DNA from: an uncultured Clostridia bacterium | Lineage (GTDB): Bacteria; Bacillota; Clostridia; Christensenellales; UBA1242 | Assembly (NCBI GenBank): GCA_947382485.1 | Contig: CANCYS010000006.1 | Span: forward strand, 2,278-66,277 | Reading direction: 5' to 3' | Length of the DNA stretch: 64,000 bases | Shown here: positions 38,149 to 49,057 of the stretch, piece by piece | Layout of the letters: every line of letters starts with the position of its first letter | Numbering within the stretch: position 1 is the first letter of the stretch | The notes under the pieces: generated by a model | Told to the model about the DNA's origin: nothing | What the model saw: the letters and a program-made list of their open reading frames with translations, nothing else | The model's database searches: none | Program-made: the position numbers and the translations under genes

Positions 38149-39984
38149 ATGGGAAAAATTATTGGTATTGACCTTGGAACAACAAACTCATGTGTTGCAA
38201 TCATGGAAGGTGGTGAACCAACTGTTATCACAAGTGCAGAAGGAAGTAGAACAACTCCATCTGTTGTTGGTTTCACAAAAGATGGGGAAAGACTTGTAGG
38301 ACAAGTAGCAAAGCGTCAAGCAGTTGCAAACCCAGAAAACACAATCCGCTCAATCAAAAGTAGAATGGGTGAAAATTACAAAGTTGAAGCAGGTGGAAAA
38401 TCATACACTCCACCAGAAATTTCTGCTATGATTCTTTCAAAACTAAAAGCAGATGCAGAAAAATATCTTGGTGAACCTGTTACAGAAGCAGTTATCACAG
38501 TTCCTGCATATTTCAATGACTCACAAAGACAAGCAACAAAAGACGCTGGTAAAATTGCTGGTCTTGATGTAAAAAGAATTATCAACGAACCAACAGCTGC
38601 ATCACTAGCATATGGCCTTGACAAATTAAAAGAACAAGACAATCAAAAGATTTTGGTTTATGACCTTGGTGGTGGAACATTTGATATCTCAGTGCTTGAA
38701 ATTGCTGATGGCGTTTTCCAAGTTCTTGCAACTGGTGGAAACACACGTCTTGGTGGAGACAATTTTGATGAAAAAATTATGAACTACTTAATTGATGAAT
38801 TCAAAAAATCTGATGGCATTGATCTTTCAAAAGATAAAATGGCAATGCAAAGACTTAAAGAAGCAGCAGAAAAAACAAAAATCGAACTTTCAACTCTCAC
38901 TCAAAGCACAATTTCACTTCCATTTATCTCTGCTGATAGCACTGGTCCAAAACATCTTGAAATCAATCTTACTCGTGCAAAATTTGAAAGCATGATAGAA
39001 GACTATATTAATGAAACAATTGACCTTACTAAAAAAGCACTTGCTGATTCAAAACTCACTGTTAATGATGTTGCAAAAATCATAATGGTTGGTGGTTCAA
39101 CAAGAATACCTATGGTACTTGACAAAGTTAAAGCATACATTGGAAAAACTCCTTTCACTGGAATCAATCCAGACGAATGTGTTGCAGTTGGTGCAGCAAT
39201 TCAAGGTGGTGTTCTTGCTGGTGATGTTAAAGATGTCCTTTTGCTTGACGTAACCCCACTTTCACTTGGCATTGAAACAATGGGTGGTGTATTCACAAAA
39301 CTTATTGATAAAAACACAACAATCCCAACAACAAAAACACAAGTATTCTCAACAGCTGCTGACAATCAACCAGGCGTTGACATTCATGTTCTTCAAGGTG
39401 AAAGAGAATTTGCTGCTGACAACAAAACTCTTGGCAGATTTGAACTTACAGGTATTGCACCAGCACCAAGAGGTATACCACAAATTGAAGTTAAATTTGA
39501 TATAGATGCAAATGGCATTGTTCACGTTTCAGCAAAAGATTTAGGAACTGGTAAATCACAAGACATCACAATCACTGCTTCATCAAATCTTTCAGAAGCA
39601 GATATTGACAAAGCAATCAAAGAAGCAGAAATGTATGCCGAAGAAGACAAGAAAAGAAAAGAGGTTGTAGATAATAAAAACAATCTTGACCAACTCATCA
39701 ATAGTATAGAAAAATTCACTCGTGAAAGCGGAGATAAACTTTCAGAAGATGACAAGAAAAAACTTGAAGAAGAAGTAAACAAAGCAAAAGAAACATACAA
39801 AACAGCAAACGATGCTGAAACATTAAAAACTGCTCTTGATGAACTTTCAAAAGTTTCAAATGAAATTTTCACAAAGTTCTATCAAAATGCAAATCCAAAT
39901 GCTGGTGCTGATGGTGCTGGAAATGCTGATGCAGGCAATGGTTCAACAGACCCAAACAACTTTGGTGACTACACAACAAATTAA
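38149..39984 (+). CDS. dnaK: chaperone DnaK (Hsp70)
   Basis: [20 protein letters not shown] and the other Hsp70 signatures. 611 aa. Confidence 0.97.
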   Translation: MGKIIGIDLGTTNSCVAIMEGGEPTVITSAEGSRTTPSVVGFTKDGERLVGQVAKRQAVANPENTIRSIKSRMGENYKVEAGGKSYTPPEISAMILSKLKADAEKYLGEPVTEAVITVPAYFNDSQRQATKDAGKIAGLDVKRIINEPTAASLAYGLDKLKEQDNQKILVYDLGGGTFDISVLEIADGVFQVLATGGNTRLGGDNFDEKIMNYLIDEFKKSDGIDLSKDKMAMQRLKEAAEKTKIELSTLTQSTISLPFISADSTGPKHLEINLTRAKFESMIEDYINETIDLTKKALADSKLTVNDVAKIIMVGGSTRIPMVLDKVKAYIGKTPFTGINPDECVAVGAAIQGGVLAGDVKDVLLLDVTPLSLGIETMGGVFTKLIDKNTTIPTTKTQVFSTAADNQPGVDIHVLQGEREFAADNKTLGRFELTGIAPAPRGIPQIEVKFDIDANGIVHVSAKDLGTGKSQDITITASSNLSEADIDKAIKEAEMYAEEDKKRKEVVDNKNNLDQLINSIEKFTRESGDKLSEDDKKKLEEEVNKAKETYKTANDAETLKTALDELSKVSNEIFTKFYQNANPNAGADGAGNADAGNGSTDPNNFGDYTTN

Positions 39985-40049
39985 TTAAAACAAATAATTT
40001 TATATTAATTTTAAATGAAAATTTATTAAAAATGCGTTTTTTAGAAAGT

Positions 40050-40084
40050 CAGACAGTAACAAACATTACTGTCTGTTACTTTTG
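40050..40084 (+). terminator. hairpin between dnaK and dnaJ (possible partial terminator or processing site)
   Basis: CAGACAGTAA, loop CAAACA, TTACTGTCTG, followed by a weak T tract (TTACTTTTG). Confidence 0.45.
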
Positions 40085-40098
40085 AAAAAGGAATAATT

Positions 40099-41235
40099 AT
40101 GGCAAATAAAAACTATTATGACATTCTTGGCGTTAACAAAAATGCTTCTGATGATGAAATAAAAAAAGCATACAGACAACTTGCTAAAAAATATCATCCA
40201 GACTTAAATCCAGGTAATGCAGAAGCAGCAGAAAAGTTAAAAGAAGTTAATGAAGCATATGGCGTGCTTTCTGATAAAACTAAAAAATCCAATTATGATA
40301 CTTATGGAAATGAAAACGGACCACAAGGTTTTGGTGGCAGTGGATTTGGCGGCGGAGGCTTTGGTGGCTTTTCTGATTTCGGCGATTTCGGTGATATTTT
40401 CAGTAATATATTTGGTGGCTCATTTGGCGGTGGAAGAAGCAGAGCAAACAGAGCAAATACCCAATCTCAAGGTGCAGACATTCAAGTTAAAATGAAATTA
40501 TCATTTGTTGAAGCAGCATTTGGTTGCAAGAAGAATATCAACTTAAATCGTTCAGAAACTTGCCCTCATTGCAAAGGCACTGGTGCTAAAAACGGAACTG
40601 ATTTTTCAACTTGTCAAACATGTAATGGAACTGGCTCTGTAAGACAAACTCAAAGAACTCCTTTTGGACAAATTGTTTCCGAAGGTGTTTGTCAAGATTG
40701 TCATGGAACTGGAAAGAAAATTAAAGAAAAATGTTCAAATTGTAATGGTGCTGGCGTAACTCGTGCGAATAGAAACATAGAAATCAATATCCCAGGAGGA
40801 ATTGAGAGTGACCAAGTTTTAACACTACGTGGCCAAGGTGAGGCAGGAAGAAACGGTGGACCTGCTGGTGATATGCAAATTTTAATACAAGTTGAACCAC
40901 ACAAAGTTTTGAAACGTGAAAAATATGACATTTATGTTGATGTTCCAATTTCATTCACAGAAGCACTTCTTGGTGCAAAGATAAAAGTTCCAGGTATAAA
41001 TGAAACACTTGAAATCAATGTTCCAGAACTCACACAAACAGGAACAATAATCACTTTAAAAGGCAAAGGAACAAAAATCCTCAATAAAAATAGTTATGGC
41101 GACTACTTTGCGAAAGTTATTGTTGAAATGCCAAAATCACTTGGACGTAAAGAAAAAGAACTTGTGCAAAAACTTTCTGATAGCATATCAAAATCTGAAT
41201 ATGTTAAAAAGAAAAATTTTAATGATAAAATTTAA
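40099..41235 (+). CDS. dnaJ: co-chaperone DnaJ
   Basis: J domain with YHPD, a G/F-rich linker, and four CxxCxGxG zinc motifs. Confidence 0.95.
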   Translation: MANKNYYDILGVNKNASDDEIKKAYRQLAKKYHPDLNPGNAEAAEKLKEVNEAYGVLSDKTKKSNYDTYGNENGPQGFGGSGFGGGGFGGFSDFGDFGDIFSNIFGGSFGGGRSRANRANTQSQGADIQVKMKLSFVEAAFGCKKNINLNRSETCPHCKGTGAKNGTDFSTCQTCNGTGSVRQTQRTPFGQIVSEGVCQDCHGTGKKIKEKCSNCNGAGVTRANRNIEINIPGGIESDQVLTLRGQGEAGRNGGPAGDMQILIQVEPHKVLKREKYDIYVDVPISFTEALLGAKIKVPGINETLEINVPELTQTGTIITLKGKGTKILNKNSYGDYFAKVIVEMPKSLGRKEKELVQKLSDSISKSEYVKKKNFNDKI

Positions 41236-41260
41236 AGGTATGAAAATACCTTTTTATTTT
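41234..41260 (+). terminator. rho-independent terminator after dnaJ
   Basis: AAAGGTAT, loop GAAA, ATACCTTT, then TTATTTT. Confidence 0.75.
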
Positions 41261-41293
41261 AACTTTTCATACATAAAGATAAACTTATACCAT

Positions 41294-41322
41294 TTGACCT
41301 TTAACATAAATTATACTATAAT
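41294..41322 (+). promoter_or_regulatory. near-consensus sigma-A promoter placing the transcription start on the rsmE ATG
   Basis: TTGACC, 17 nt spacer, TATAAT, then 6 nt (CTAGCC) before ATG 41329. No Shine-Dalgarno sequence. Confidence 0.6.
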
Positions 41323-41328
41323 CTAGCC

Positions 41329-42066
41329 ATGAAAGAAAAAAAATATTATATCAATCAAAATTTATATGTTGGACAAAAAGTATCACTTGAAGGTGATGAA
41401 TTTCATCATCTTTCAAATGTAATGCGTTCAAGGGTAGGAGATAAAGTTTGCTTGTTTAATGGCAATTCAAATTTCTATTTTGGAGTCATTAATTCTATAT
41501 CAAAAAAATCTGCTGAAATTCAAATCGATTCAGAAATTAAATCTGAAAATGAACCAACAATAAAATTAACAATATATCAAGCACTCGCAAAAGGTGATAA
41601 ACTAAGTCTTATTATGCAAAAGATAACCGAACTTGGTGCAAGCAACCTTTGCTTGTTCGAAAGTAAATTTTGTGATGTGAAAGGTAACACTGGAAAGCAG
41701 GATAGACTTGAAAGTATATCCGTTTCCGCAGCAAAACAATGTGGAAGAGCAAGTATAATAGAAAGCGATGGTGTTTTTAGTGTAAAAGAAATCGCTTCTC
41801 AAATAAAGAATTTTGATAAATTCTTTGTTGCATATGAAAATGAAACTGGAAAAAGTCTTGTTGATGTTTTACTCAACGAAAAAAGTAAATTAAACAATAT
41901 AGCACTCATGATTGGTGCAGAAGGTGGTTTTGCCGAAGACGAAATCTCTTTATTAAAAGAAAATGGTGCGGAAATTGTCACTCTTGGAAAAAGAATCCTT
42001 CGAACTGAAACAGCTTCAATTGCTGGAACAGCAACAATCATGCAAATCTTAGAAAATAATATTTAA
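41329..42066 (+). CDS. rsmE: 16S rRNA (uracil1498-N3)-methyltransferase
   Basis: GDEFHHLSNVMR near the N-terminus and MIGAEGGF...E in the C-terminal SPOUT domain. Synteny with yqeU. Confidence 0.85.
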   Translation: MKEKKYYINQNLYVGQKVSLEGDEFHHLSNVMRSRVGDKVCLFNGNSNFYFGVINSISKKSAEIQIDSEIKSENEPTIKLTIYQALAKGDKLSLIMQKITELGASNLCLFESKFCDVKGNTGKQDRLESISVSAAKQCGRASIIESDGVFSVKEIASQIKNFDKFFVAYENETGKSLVDVLLNEKSKLNNIALMIGAEGGFAEDEISLLKENGAEIVTLGKRILRTETASIAGTATIMQILENNI

Positions 42067-42093
42067 TCAATTATCACTACTAGGGAGAAAATA

Positions 42094-43344
42094 ATGAAAA
42101 AAATTTCAATTATCACTTTGGGATGCAAAGTAAACCAAGTTGAAAGCGAAGATATAGCAGAAAAACTTGAAGCTGATGGTTATGATGTGTCCATGGGTTT
42201 AGTCCAAAGCGATATATATATAATTAATACTTGTGCTGTAACAAATGAAGCTGAACGCAAATCAAGAGGTATCATCACAAAAGTTTTAAAAATAAATCCA
42301 AATGCAAAAATTTATGTTTGCGGTTGCTCATCTGAAAATGATGCATCAAAATTTAATAAAGGTGAATTTGTAAAAGGCATAATCGGCACACAAAATAAAA
42401 TGTCTCTTATTGAAATGATTGAAAATGATGATGAAGATTTTATAAAAAATAATTCTTTAAAAACCATTGCAAGAGTAACTGACAGAACACGTGCAACGCT
42501 TTGGGTTCAAAACGGTTGTAACAATTTTTGCACTTATTGTTTAATACCATATCTTCGTGGAAGAGAAGTAAGTTTTCCATTAAGTGAAATAAAAAAACAA
42601 ATCGACACCTTATCATTGCAAGCAAATGAAATTGTTATTGCGGGAATAAATCTTTCTGCTTATGGAAAAGATTTAGGTAACAACGATGGGTTAATAGAAA
42701 TTGCAAGATTATTTAAAAATAAAAAAACTCGTTTTAGATTTTCATCACTTGAAGTAAATATAATTACCAACAAGTTTTTAAAAGAGTTATCAGAATATAA
42801 CAATTTTTGTGAACATTTTCATTTAAGTCTTCAAAGTGGTTCAGACAATACTCTCAAAAAAATGAATAGACATTACACTAAATCTGAATATCTTGACAAA
42901 GTAAATTTAATTAGAAAATACTTTCCAAATGCAGGCATCACAACAGATATAATAATTGGATTCCCAACAGAAACAAATGATGATTTTAATGAATCATTAG
43001 ATTTCGTAAAACAAGTAAATTTCTCATCAATGCACATTTTCCCATACTCAATCAGAAGTGGAACTGTTGCAGCAACATTCAAAAATGTTGCAACAAATGT
43101 TCCTGAAAGAGTAAAAACGATGACTGAAACTGCCAATATTATGAAATCAAATTTCATTGAAAACAATATAAATACAACTCACGAAGTCGTAATCGAAAAT
43201 GAAAAAGATGGATATTTTATGGCACATACAAAGAATTTTATTTTGTGTTATATCAAATCTGATACGCCTCTCAAACCTAATCAAATATTAAATGTTAGAT
43301 TATTAAAACCATATATTGACGGAGCAATTGCAGAAATCATTTAA
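42094..43344 (+). CDS. mtaB: tRNA methylthiotransferase MtaB (YqeV-like)
   Basis: N-terminus TLGCKVNQ.ES and radical SAM motif CNNFCTYCLIPYLRG. Follows rsmE as in B. subtilis yqeU-yqeV. Confidence 0.75.
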   Translation: MKKISIITLGCKVNQVESEDIAEKLEADGYDVSMGLVQSDIYIINTCAVTNEAERKSRGIITKVLKINPNAKIYVCGCSSENDASKFNKGEFVKGIIGTQNKMSLIEMIENDDEDFIKNNSLKTIARVTDRTRATLWVQNGCNNFCTYCLIPYLRGREVSFPLSEIKKQIDTLSLQANEIVIAGINLSAYGKDLGNNDGLIEIARLFKNKKTRFRFSSLEVNIITNKFLKELSEYNNFCEHFHLSLQSGSDNTLKKMNRHYTKSEYLDKVNLIRKYFPNAGITTDIIIGFPTETNDDFNESLDFVKQVNFSSMHIFPYSIRSGTVAATFKNVATNVPERVKTMTETANIMKSNFIENNINTTHEVVIENEKDGYFMAHTKNFILCYIKSDTPLKPNQILNVRLLKPYIDGAIAEII

Positions 43345-43471
43345 TCAAAAAACGCAATAAATATTTCAATTTATCAATAATTATATTTATTTTTATCTAA
43401 AAATGAGTAAATTTGCGTTTTTTGTATTAATAAATACGTTTTAAATAAATTTATTTACAAAATAAAATTTA

Positions 43472-43500
43472 TTGACAATAATCATTTTATATGATATTAT
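43472..43500 (+). promoter_or_regulatory. sigma-A promoter for rpsU
   Basis: TTGACA, 17 nt spacer, TATTAT. Confidence 0.55.
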
Positions 43501-43534
43501 AATACCAGTTTAGTTGCGAGGAGGTGAATTTATA

Positions 43535-43714
43535 ATGACAACCGTTAAAGTTGGTGAAAACGAAAGTTTAGACAGTGCCATCAAAAGATGGAAAAGAAAA
43601 TGCCAAAAAGACGGCATCATTGGTGACATTCGCAAAAAAGAAGCATATGTTAAACCTAGTGTAGCTCGTAAACTTAAAAGTGAAGCCGCTCGCAAGAGAG
43701 CAAGAAAAGGCTAA
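43535..43714 (+). CDS. rpsU: 30S ribosomal protein S21
   Basis: [28 protein letters not shown]...[18 protein letters not shown]. The track start 43514 is TTG. Confidence 0.92.
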   Translation: MTTVKVGENESLDSAIKRWKRKCQKDGIIGDIRKKEAYVKPSVARKLKSEAARKRARKG

Positions 43715-43720
43715 AAAATT

Positions 43721-43749
43721 AAAGCAAGCAAACATGCTTGCTTTTTTTA
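43721..43749 (+). terminator. rho-independent terminator after rpsU
   Basis: AAAGCAAGCA, loop AACA, TGCTTGCTTT, then TTTT. Confidence 0.85.
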
Positions 43750-43869
43750 TTTTAAATTTTACATAAAATATTCTTTGTCGATATTTGACTTATTTTGCTA
43801 ATGTAATCCATTAAACAAAAAGTTATAGTAAAATTAAGACCAGTTTTTGTTAAAAGGAGACGATAAAAA

Positions 43870-44211
43870 ATGCAAAGTAGTGCGTTAAAATTATTAGCAC
43901 AAAAGGCAAAGAAAAGATTGAGTTCAGCAGGACAAAATTATGAGAAAACAACAGAAGAAAAATCTACACTAGCATATTTATCACCAACAAAATATGCAAT
44001 CGTAGCAAATAAACAAAGACTGGAAGAAGACCCTTTATTTGAAAAAGTTAAAAAACTTATTGACAAGGGTGACATCACAAACCCATTAGGAGAACTTACA
44101 GATAGCAATGTATTTGCAAGTCTTAATGATTTGGAAAAAGAAAAATATATCATAGACATTTCTAAAAGATATATTGAAATTAAAGATTATTTTGCAAGCC
44201 ACACTGTCTAA
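43870..44211 (+). CDS. hypothetical protein
   Basis: 113 aa. RBS AAGGAGA. Charged and helical-looking. No motif recognised. Confidence 0.55.
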   Translation: MQSSALKLLAQKAKKRLSSAGQNYEKTTEEKSTLAYLSPTKYAIVANKQRLEEDPLFEKVKKLIDKGDITNPLGELTDSNVFASLNDLEKEKYIIDISKRYIEIKDYFASHTV

Positions 44212-44236
44212 TAATCTTTAAAAAGCAAAATTCTAT

Positions 44237-44262
44237 AATGATGCACAATGCATCATTTTTTT
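44237..44262 (+). terminator. rho-independent terminator
   Basis: AATGATGCA, loop CAA, TGCATCATT, then TTTTT. Confidence 0.8.
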
Positions 44263-44308
44263 GTTTGAAGAATTATGTTTTTGTGATAAAATTTTATTGT
44301 AGGTAATT

Positions 44309-46591
44309 ATGACAAGTGAAATTTTAAACAATCTAAATATTGAGCAACAAAAGCCAGCATCTGTAATTGATGGGCCAGTTTTAGTAACCGCTGGTGCAGG
44401 CAGTGGAAAAACTCGAATGCTCACTCACAGAATTGCCCATATGGTTAAAGACTTAGATATTGCACCATATCACATTTTAGCAATAACATTCACAAATAAA
44501 GCCGCAAATGAAATGAAAGAAAGGCTTGAAAAAATGCTAGATAATATTGATGGAATGTGGGTTTGCACATTTCATGCCATGTGTTCAAAAATACTTAGAC
44601 AAAATATTGATTTAATGGGCTATTCAAAAAGTTTTTCAATTTATGGTGACACCGAAAAAAATAGGGTAATTAAAAGAATAATTGAAAATAAAAATACAAA
44701 TATCAATCTTGAAACATTTGCATGGCACATTTCAAATGCAAAAAATAATTTGCTTGATCCAGATGAATACAGTAAATTCATAAGCGACCCTAAAAAATGT
44801 ACTGCAATAACTTCTGTTTTTAAAGAATACGAATCTGAACTAAAAAAATCAAATTCTCTTGATTTTGATGATCTTTTAGTTAAAACATACAATCTTTTAA
44901 CACAAAATCCTGACACTCTTGATTATTATAAAAGAAAATTTAAGTACATATATGTTGATGAGTTTCAAGACACAAACACCACGCAATATGAACTGTTAAA
45001 ACTCCTTGCAGGAGAAAATCAAAATGTACTAGCAGTTGGAGATGAAGACCAATGTATATATTCTTGGCGTGGAGCAAAGGTATCTAACGTTCAACAATTT
45101 ACTAAGGATTTTAATAATTGCCAAATTTTTAAACTAGAACAAAATTATAGATCAACAAAAAAAATTATATCTCTTGCCAACAAACTTATCAAAAACAATA
45201 TTCACCGTATTGACAAAAATCTTTGGACAGAAAATATTGATGGGGAAACTATTGAAATTAAACAAACTTACAATGATATTGAAGAAGCCGAATTCATTGC
45301 TGAAAAAATTGAAGACTTAATTCATATTCAAGGTAAAAAATATTCTGATTTTGCAATTTTAATGAGAGTTAACTCTCTTTCACGAATTATCGAAGAAAAG
45401 TTATTAACTTATAACATTCCATATAAAGTTTATGGTGGTTTTAAGTTCTTTGAAAGAAAAGAAATAAAAGACACAACTGCATATTTACACTTGATTGCAA
45501 ACCCAAATGATAATGATTCAGCAATCAGAATGCTGTCATTTCCAAAAAAGGGCATTGGAGATGTGTCAATCGCACAAATAAATGAACTCGCAAAAACCAA
45601 CTCTGTTTCAATCATGGACATTGTCAATAATGCTAGTGAATATGGAATTTCTGGTTCATTAAAAACTAAATTAGATGGTGTTCGAGATTTATTTATTAAT
45701 CTTAATAGCAAAAAAGATATAATGCCAATTGAAGAATTTGTCAGTTATGTCATAAATCAAGTAGGAATCAAAGATGCTATTGGAACAAAAACCGAAGATG
45801 ATGAAAATAAATGCTTAAATGTCGACGACTTCTTAAAATCTGTAACTGAATATTCCGATGCAAATGAAGGTGCAACTCTTGATGATTTCTTGCAATCAAT
45901 AACACTCATGCGTGATATTGACAATATGTCAGAAGAAGATAACTTTGTTTCTCTTTTAACAGTCCACTCAGCAAAAGGACTTGAATTTGATACAGTGTTC
46001 ATCGCTGGTTTAAATGATGGTTTATTTCCACTTTCAAGAGCAATAAACAGCAACGACCAAAATGACTTGGAAGAAGAAAGGAGACTAATGTATGTTGCTG
46101 TCACAAGAGCAAAAAATAGATTATTCTTAACAAGGTCAAAAGTTAAATTCAGTTTTGAAAGCAAACGAACAGAGTATACAATGATATCAAGATTTTTAAC
46201 CGAAATGTTTGAAGAATTAAAAATTAATAAAACACCATATTCTTCAAATATAATAAAAACAAATTTATCTGAAAGTGGATTTGATGATTATCTTGAATCC
46301 TCAAATCGTAAAGAAAGTTTAGACCAAAGAATGTCTTCACACATCAACATTGTTAATGTTTCAAAATCAAACGAATCAAATTCAAACACTGCATCTTCTG
46401 CACCAAAAATAAACATTCAAGAATATTCAAAATTTAGAACAGGTGTCAAAGTTAAACATAATCATTTTGGAGTTGGCACAATCACACTTGGAGTTAAAGA
46501 TTTTGCTAGTGCATTTGTAACTATAAATTTTGAATCAGTAGGCATAAAAACTCTATCATTAAAATATGCAAACTTGGAAATAATTAATTAA
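44309..46591 (+). CDS. pcrA: ATP-dependent DNA helicase PcrA
   Basis: LNIEQQKPA....GPVLVTAGAGSGKTRMLTHRIA, YVDEFQDTN and VHSAKGLEFD....VAVTRAK. Followed by ligA, as in Bacillus. Confidence 0.9.
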   Translation: MTSEILNNLNIEQQKPASVIDGPVLVTAGAGSGKTRMLTHRIAHMVKDLDIAPYHILAITFTNKAANEMKERLEKMLDNIDGMWVCTFHAMCSKILRQNIDLMGYSKSFSIYGDTEKNRVIKRIIENKNTNINLETFAWHISNAKNNLLDPDEYSKFISDPKKCTAITSVFKEYESELKKSNSLDFDDLLVKTYNLLTQNPDTLDYYKRKFKYIYVDEFQDTNTTQYELLKLLAGENQNVLAVGDEDQCIYSWRGAKVSNVQQFTKDFNNCQIFKLEQNYRSTKKIISLANKLIKNNIHRIDKNLWTENIDGETIEIKQTYNDIEEAEFIAEKIEDLIHIQGKKYSDFAILMRVNSLSRIIEEKLLTYNIPYKVYGGFKFFERKEIKDTTAYLHLIANPNDNDSAIRMLSFPKKGIGDVSIAQINELAKTNSVSIMDIVNNASEYGISGSLKTKLDGVRDLFINLNSKKDIMPIEEFVSYVINQVGIKDAIGTKTEDDENKCLNVDDFLKSVTEYSDANEGATLDDFLQSITLMRDIDNMSEEDNFVSLLTVHSAKGLEFDTVFIAGLNDGLFPLSRAINSNDQNDLEEERRLMYVAVTRAKNRLFLTRSKVKFSFESKRTEYTMISRFLTEMFEELKINKTPYSSNIIKTNLSESGFDDYLESSNRKESLDQRMSSHINIVNVSKSNESNSNTASSAPKINIQEYSKFRTGVKVKHNHFGVGTITLGVKDFASAFVTINFESVGIKTLSLKYANLEIIN

Positions 46592-46703
46592 TACTCAAAT
46601 ATAACAATTATAATATTTTTATAAAAATATCAAAAAACGCAAAAATTAACTAAAAATAATGAAATTTTATCAATTTTAATTATATTTTAAGGAAATTTAT
46701 AAA

Positions 46704-48689
46704 ATGAACGAACCAACAAAAAATAAAATTATTCAGCGAATGGAAGAACTTACCAAACTTATAAATAAGGCAAGTTACGATTATTATGTGCTTGATAATC
46801 CCACAATTTCTGATAAAGAATGGGACAATTTATATTATGAACTTTTAGACCTTGAAAAAGAAAGTGGAATAGTACTTCCAGACTCTCCATCAAAAAAGGT
46901 CGGAGGTGAAGTGCTTGATAAATTTAAAAAAGTCACTCATAGAATCAAACTTCTTTCACTTGCAAAAGCACAAAGTTCCGATGAAATAATTGATTGGGTA
47001 ACAAGAAATCAAAACATATATAAGCATCAAGAAGAGTATTCAGTTGAATACAAATTTGATGGATTATCTCTTTCTCTTTCATACAACAATGGTTTGCTTC
47101 AAAGTGCTCAAACAAGAGGTAATGGAATAATTGGCGAAGATGTAACAGAACAAGTCAAAACAATTAGAACAGTTCCATTAAAAATTCCTTATACTGGCGA
47201 AATCGATATTCAAGGTGAAGGTATAATTAAACTTTCTGAACTAGATAAATATAATAAAACCGCTACTGAAAAATTAAAAAATGCAAGAAATGCAGTTGCA
47301 GGTGCAATCAGAAATTTAGATCCAAAAATCACTGCAAAACGAAATTTAGATTTCTTTGCATACAACATAAATTTCTGTCCAAACAAAACATTCAAATCAC
47401 AAGAAGAAATTTCAAATTTTCTAAATAACCAAGGTTTTTTAACAGGAAGTTTTTTCAAAAAAGTTCATAATATTGATGAACTAAATAATATAATTAACGA
47501 GATTGATATAAAACGCAAAAACTTAGATTTTTTAATTGACGGATTGGTTATAAAAATCAATAATTTAAAAGTTAGAGAAGAACTTGGTTTCACTGAAAAA
47601 TTTCCAAGATGGGCGATTGCCTATAAATTTGAAGCCGAAGAAACTTCAACAATACTTAACGACATCACATGGCAAGTTGGTCGAACAGGAAAAATAACTC
47701 CTGTGGCAGAGCTTGACCCAACTGAACTTTGTGGAGTCACAATAAAAAGAGCAACACTCAATAACTATAATGACATAATGCGTAAAAAAGTTAAATTGGG
47801 AGATAGAGTATTCATTAGAAGAAGTAATGATGTAATTCCAGAAATCTTATCCGTTGCAGAAACATTCGAAAGTTCTAAAAATATAACAAAACCAATAAAC
47901 TGTCCTTGTTGCGGGGCAGTTCTTGAAGATACAGACACCGAACTATATTGTCCAAATCATTTAGGTTGTAGAACCCAAATTGTTTTAAAACTCACACAAT
48001 TTACTAGCAGAAATGCAATGAACATTGAAGGTCTTTCAGTCAAAACCTTAGAGCAATTATATGACAAGTTTGATATAAAAACGTTCAGTGACATTTATAA
48101 ACTTTCAAGTAGCACTCTATCAAATCTTGAAGGATTTAAAGATAAAAAAATCAGCAATATTCTTAGTAGCATTGAAAATAGTAAATCAGTTAAACTTTCA
48201 AATTTCATTTATGCTCTTGGAATTGGAAATATTGGTATTAAAACAGCAAAACAACTTGCAAAACACTATAAATCAATTCAAAACCTTCAAAAAGCCTCTA
48301 TTCCTGATTTAATAGTACTAGACGATATTGCAGAAATTACTGCTAATGAAATCTATCATTATTTGCATGATAAAATAAATATTGAAGAAATCAATGAACT
48401 AGTTAACAATCACTTAAATATTATTAATGAAAGTTCTGTAAATATAACTAATGATAGCTATTTTTATGGCAAAAAAGTAGTTTTAACAGGAACTTTAAAA
48501 AACTTTACAAGACAAAAAGCAGAAGAAATCATCGAATCACTTGGAGGCACATCTTCAACCTCAGTAACTTCACAAACGAACATCGTTTTAGTAGGTGAAA
48601 ATGCGGGAAGTAAACTTGAAAAAGCAAAAAAACTGGGCATTCAAATCATGTATGAAGATGAGTTTTTGACCAAAATACCCAAAAATTAA
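46704..48689 (+). CDS. ligA: NAD-dependent DNA ligase
   Basis: Adenylation-site context EYKFDGLSLSL, a four-Cys zinc finger (CPCCG...CPN..C), and a C-terminal BRCT domain. 661 aa. Confidence 0.93.
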   Translation: MNEPTKNKIIQRMEELTKLINKASYDYYVLDNPTISDKEWDNLYYELLDLEKESGIVLPDSPSKKVGGEVLDKFKKVTHRIKLLSLAKAQSSDEIIDWVTRNQNIYKHQEEYSVEYKFDGLSLSLSYNNGLLQSAQTRGNGIIGEDVTEQVKTIRTVPLKIPYTGEIDIQGEGIIKLSELDKYNKTATEKLKNARNAVAGAIRNLDPKITAKRNLDFFAYNINFCPNKTFKSQEEISNFLNNQGFLTGSFFKKVHNIDELNNIINEIDIKRKNLDFLIDGLVIKINNLKVREELGFTEKFPRWAIAYKFEAEETSTILNDITWQVGRTGKITPVAELDPTELCGVTIKRATLNNYNDIMRKKVKLGDRVFIRRSNDVIPEILSVAETFESSKNITKPINCPCCGAVLEDTDTELYCPNHLGCRTQIVLKLTQFTSRNAMNIEGLSVKTLEQLYDKFDIKTFSDIYKLSSSTLSNLEGFKDKKISNILSSIENSKSVKLSNFIYALGIGNIGIKTAKQLAKHYKSIQNLQKASIPDLIVLDDIAEITANEIYHYLHDKINIEEINELVNNHLNIINESSVNITNDSYFYGKKVVLTGTLKNFTRQKAEEIIESLGGTSSTSVTSQTNIVLVGENAGSKLEKAKKLGIQIMYEDEFLTKIPKN

Positions 48690-48775
48690 TAAAATATTTG
48701 ATTAAATCTATTGCAATTGACCCATACCTATGTGTTATAATATCGCTAGCAATATGAATTAAAGGGGAAATTATT

Positions 48776-48985
48776 ATGTCTTGGTTATATCCACCTATTG
48801 AAAAAGTTATTGACGAAGCAGGAAATAAATATATTTTATGCTCAATCGTTTCAAAAAGAGCAAAGGAACTTCTTTTGAATAAGCCTGAATTCTTTAAAAA
48901 TCATCAAAGAGTTAAACCTATTGAATTTGCAAGCAAAGAATTCTATGAAGGTCTTTATTTTGTTTCAAAACAATCAAAAGACTAG
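48776..48985 (+). CDS. rpoZ: RNA polymerase subunit omega
   Basis: LYPPIEKVIDEAGNKYILCSIVSKRAKEL matches the omega N-terminus. Lies upstream of priA as in the B. subtilis ylo region. Confidence 0.75.
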   Translation: MSWLYPPIEKVIDEAGNKYILCSIVSKRAKELLLNKPEFFKNHQRVKPIEFASKEFYEGLYFVSKQSKD

Positions 48986-49010
48986 TTTCAATATGTTAGA
49001 CAGAAAAGGT

Positions 49011-49049
49011 AAGTTAGTATATAATTAATTATATACTAACTTTTTTTTC
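49011..49049 (+). terminator. strong terminator (perfect 16+16 palindrome)
   Basis: AAGTTAGTATATAATT / AATTATATACTAACTT, followed by TTTTTTT. Confidence 0.8.
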
Positions 49050-49057
49050 GGAGAAAT

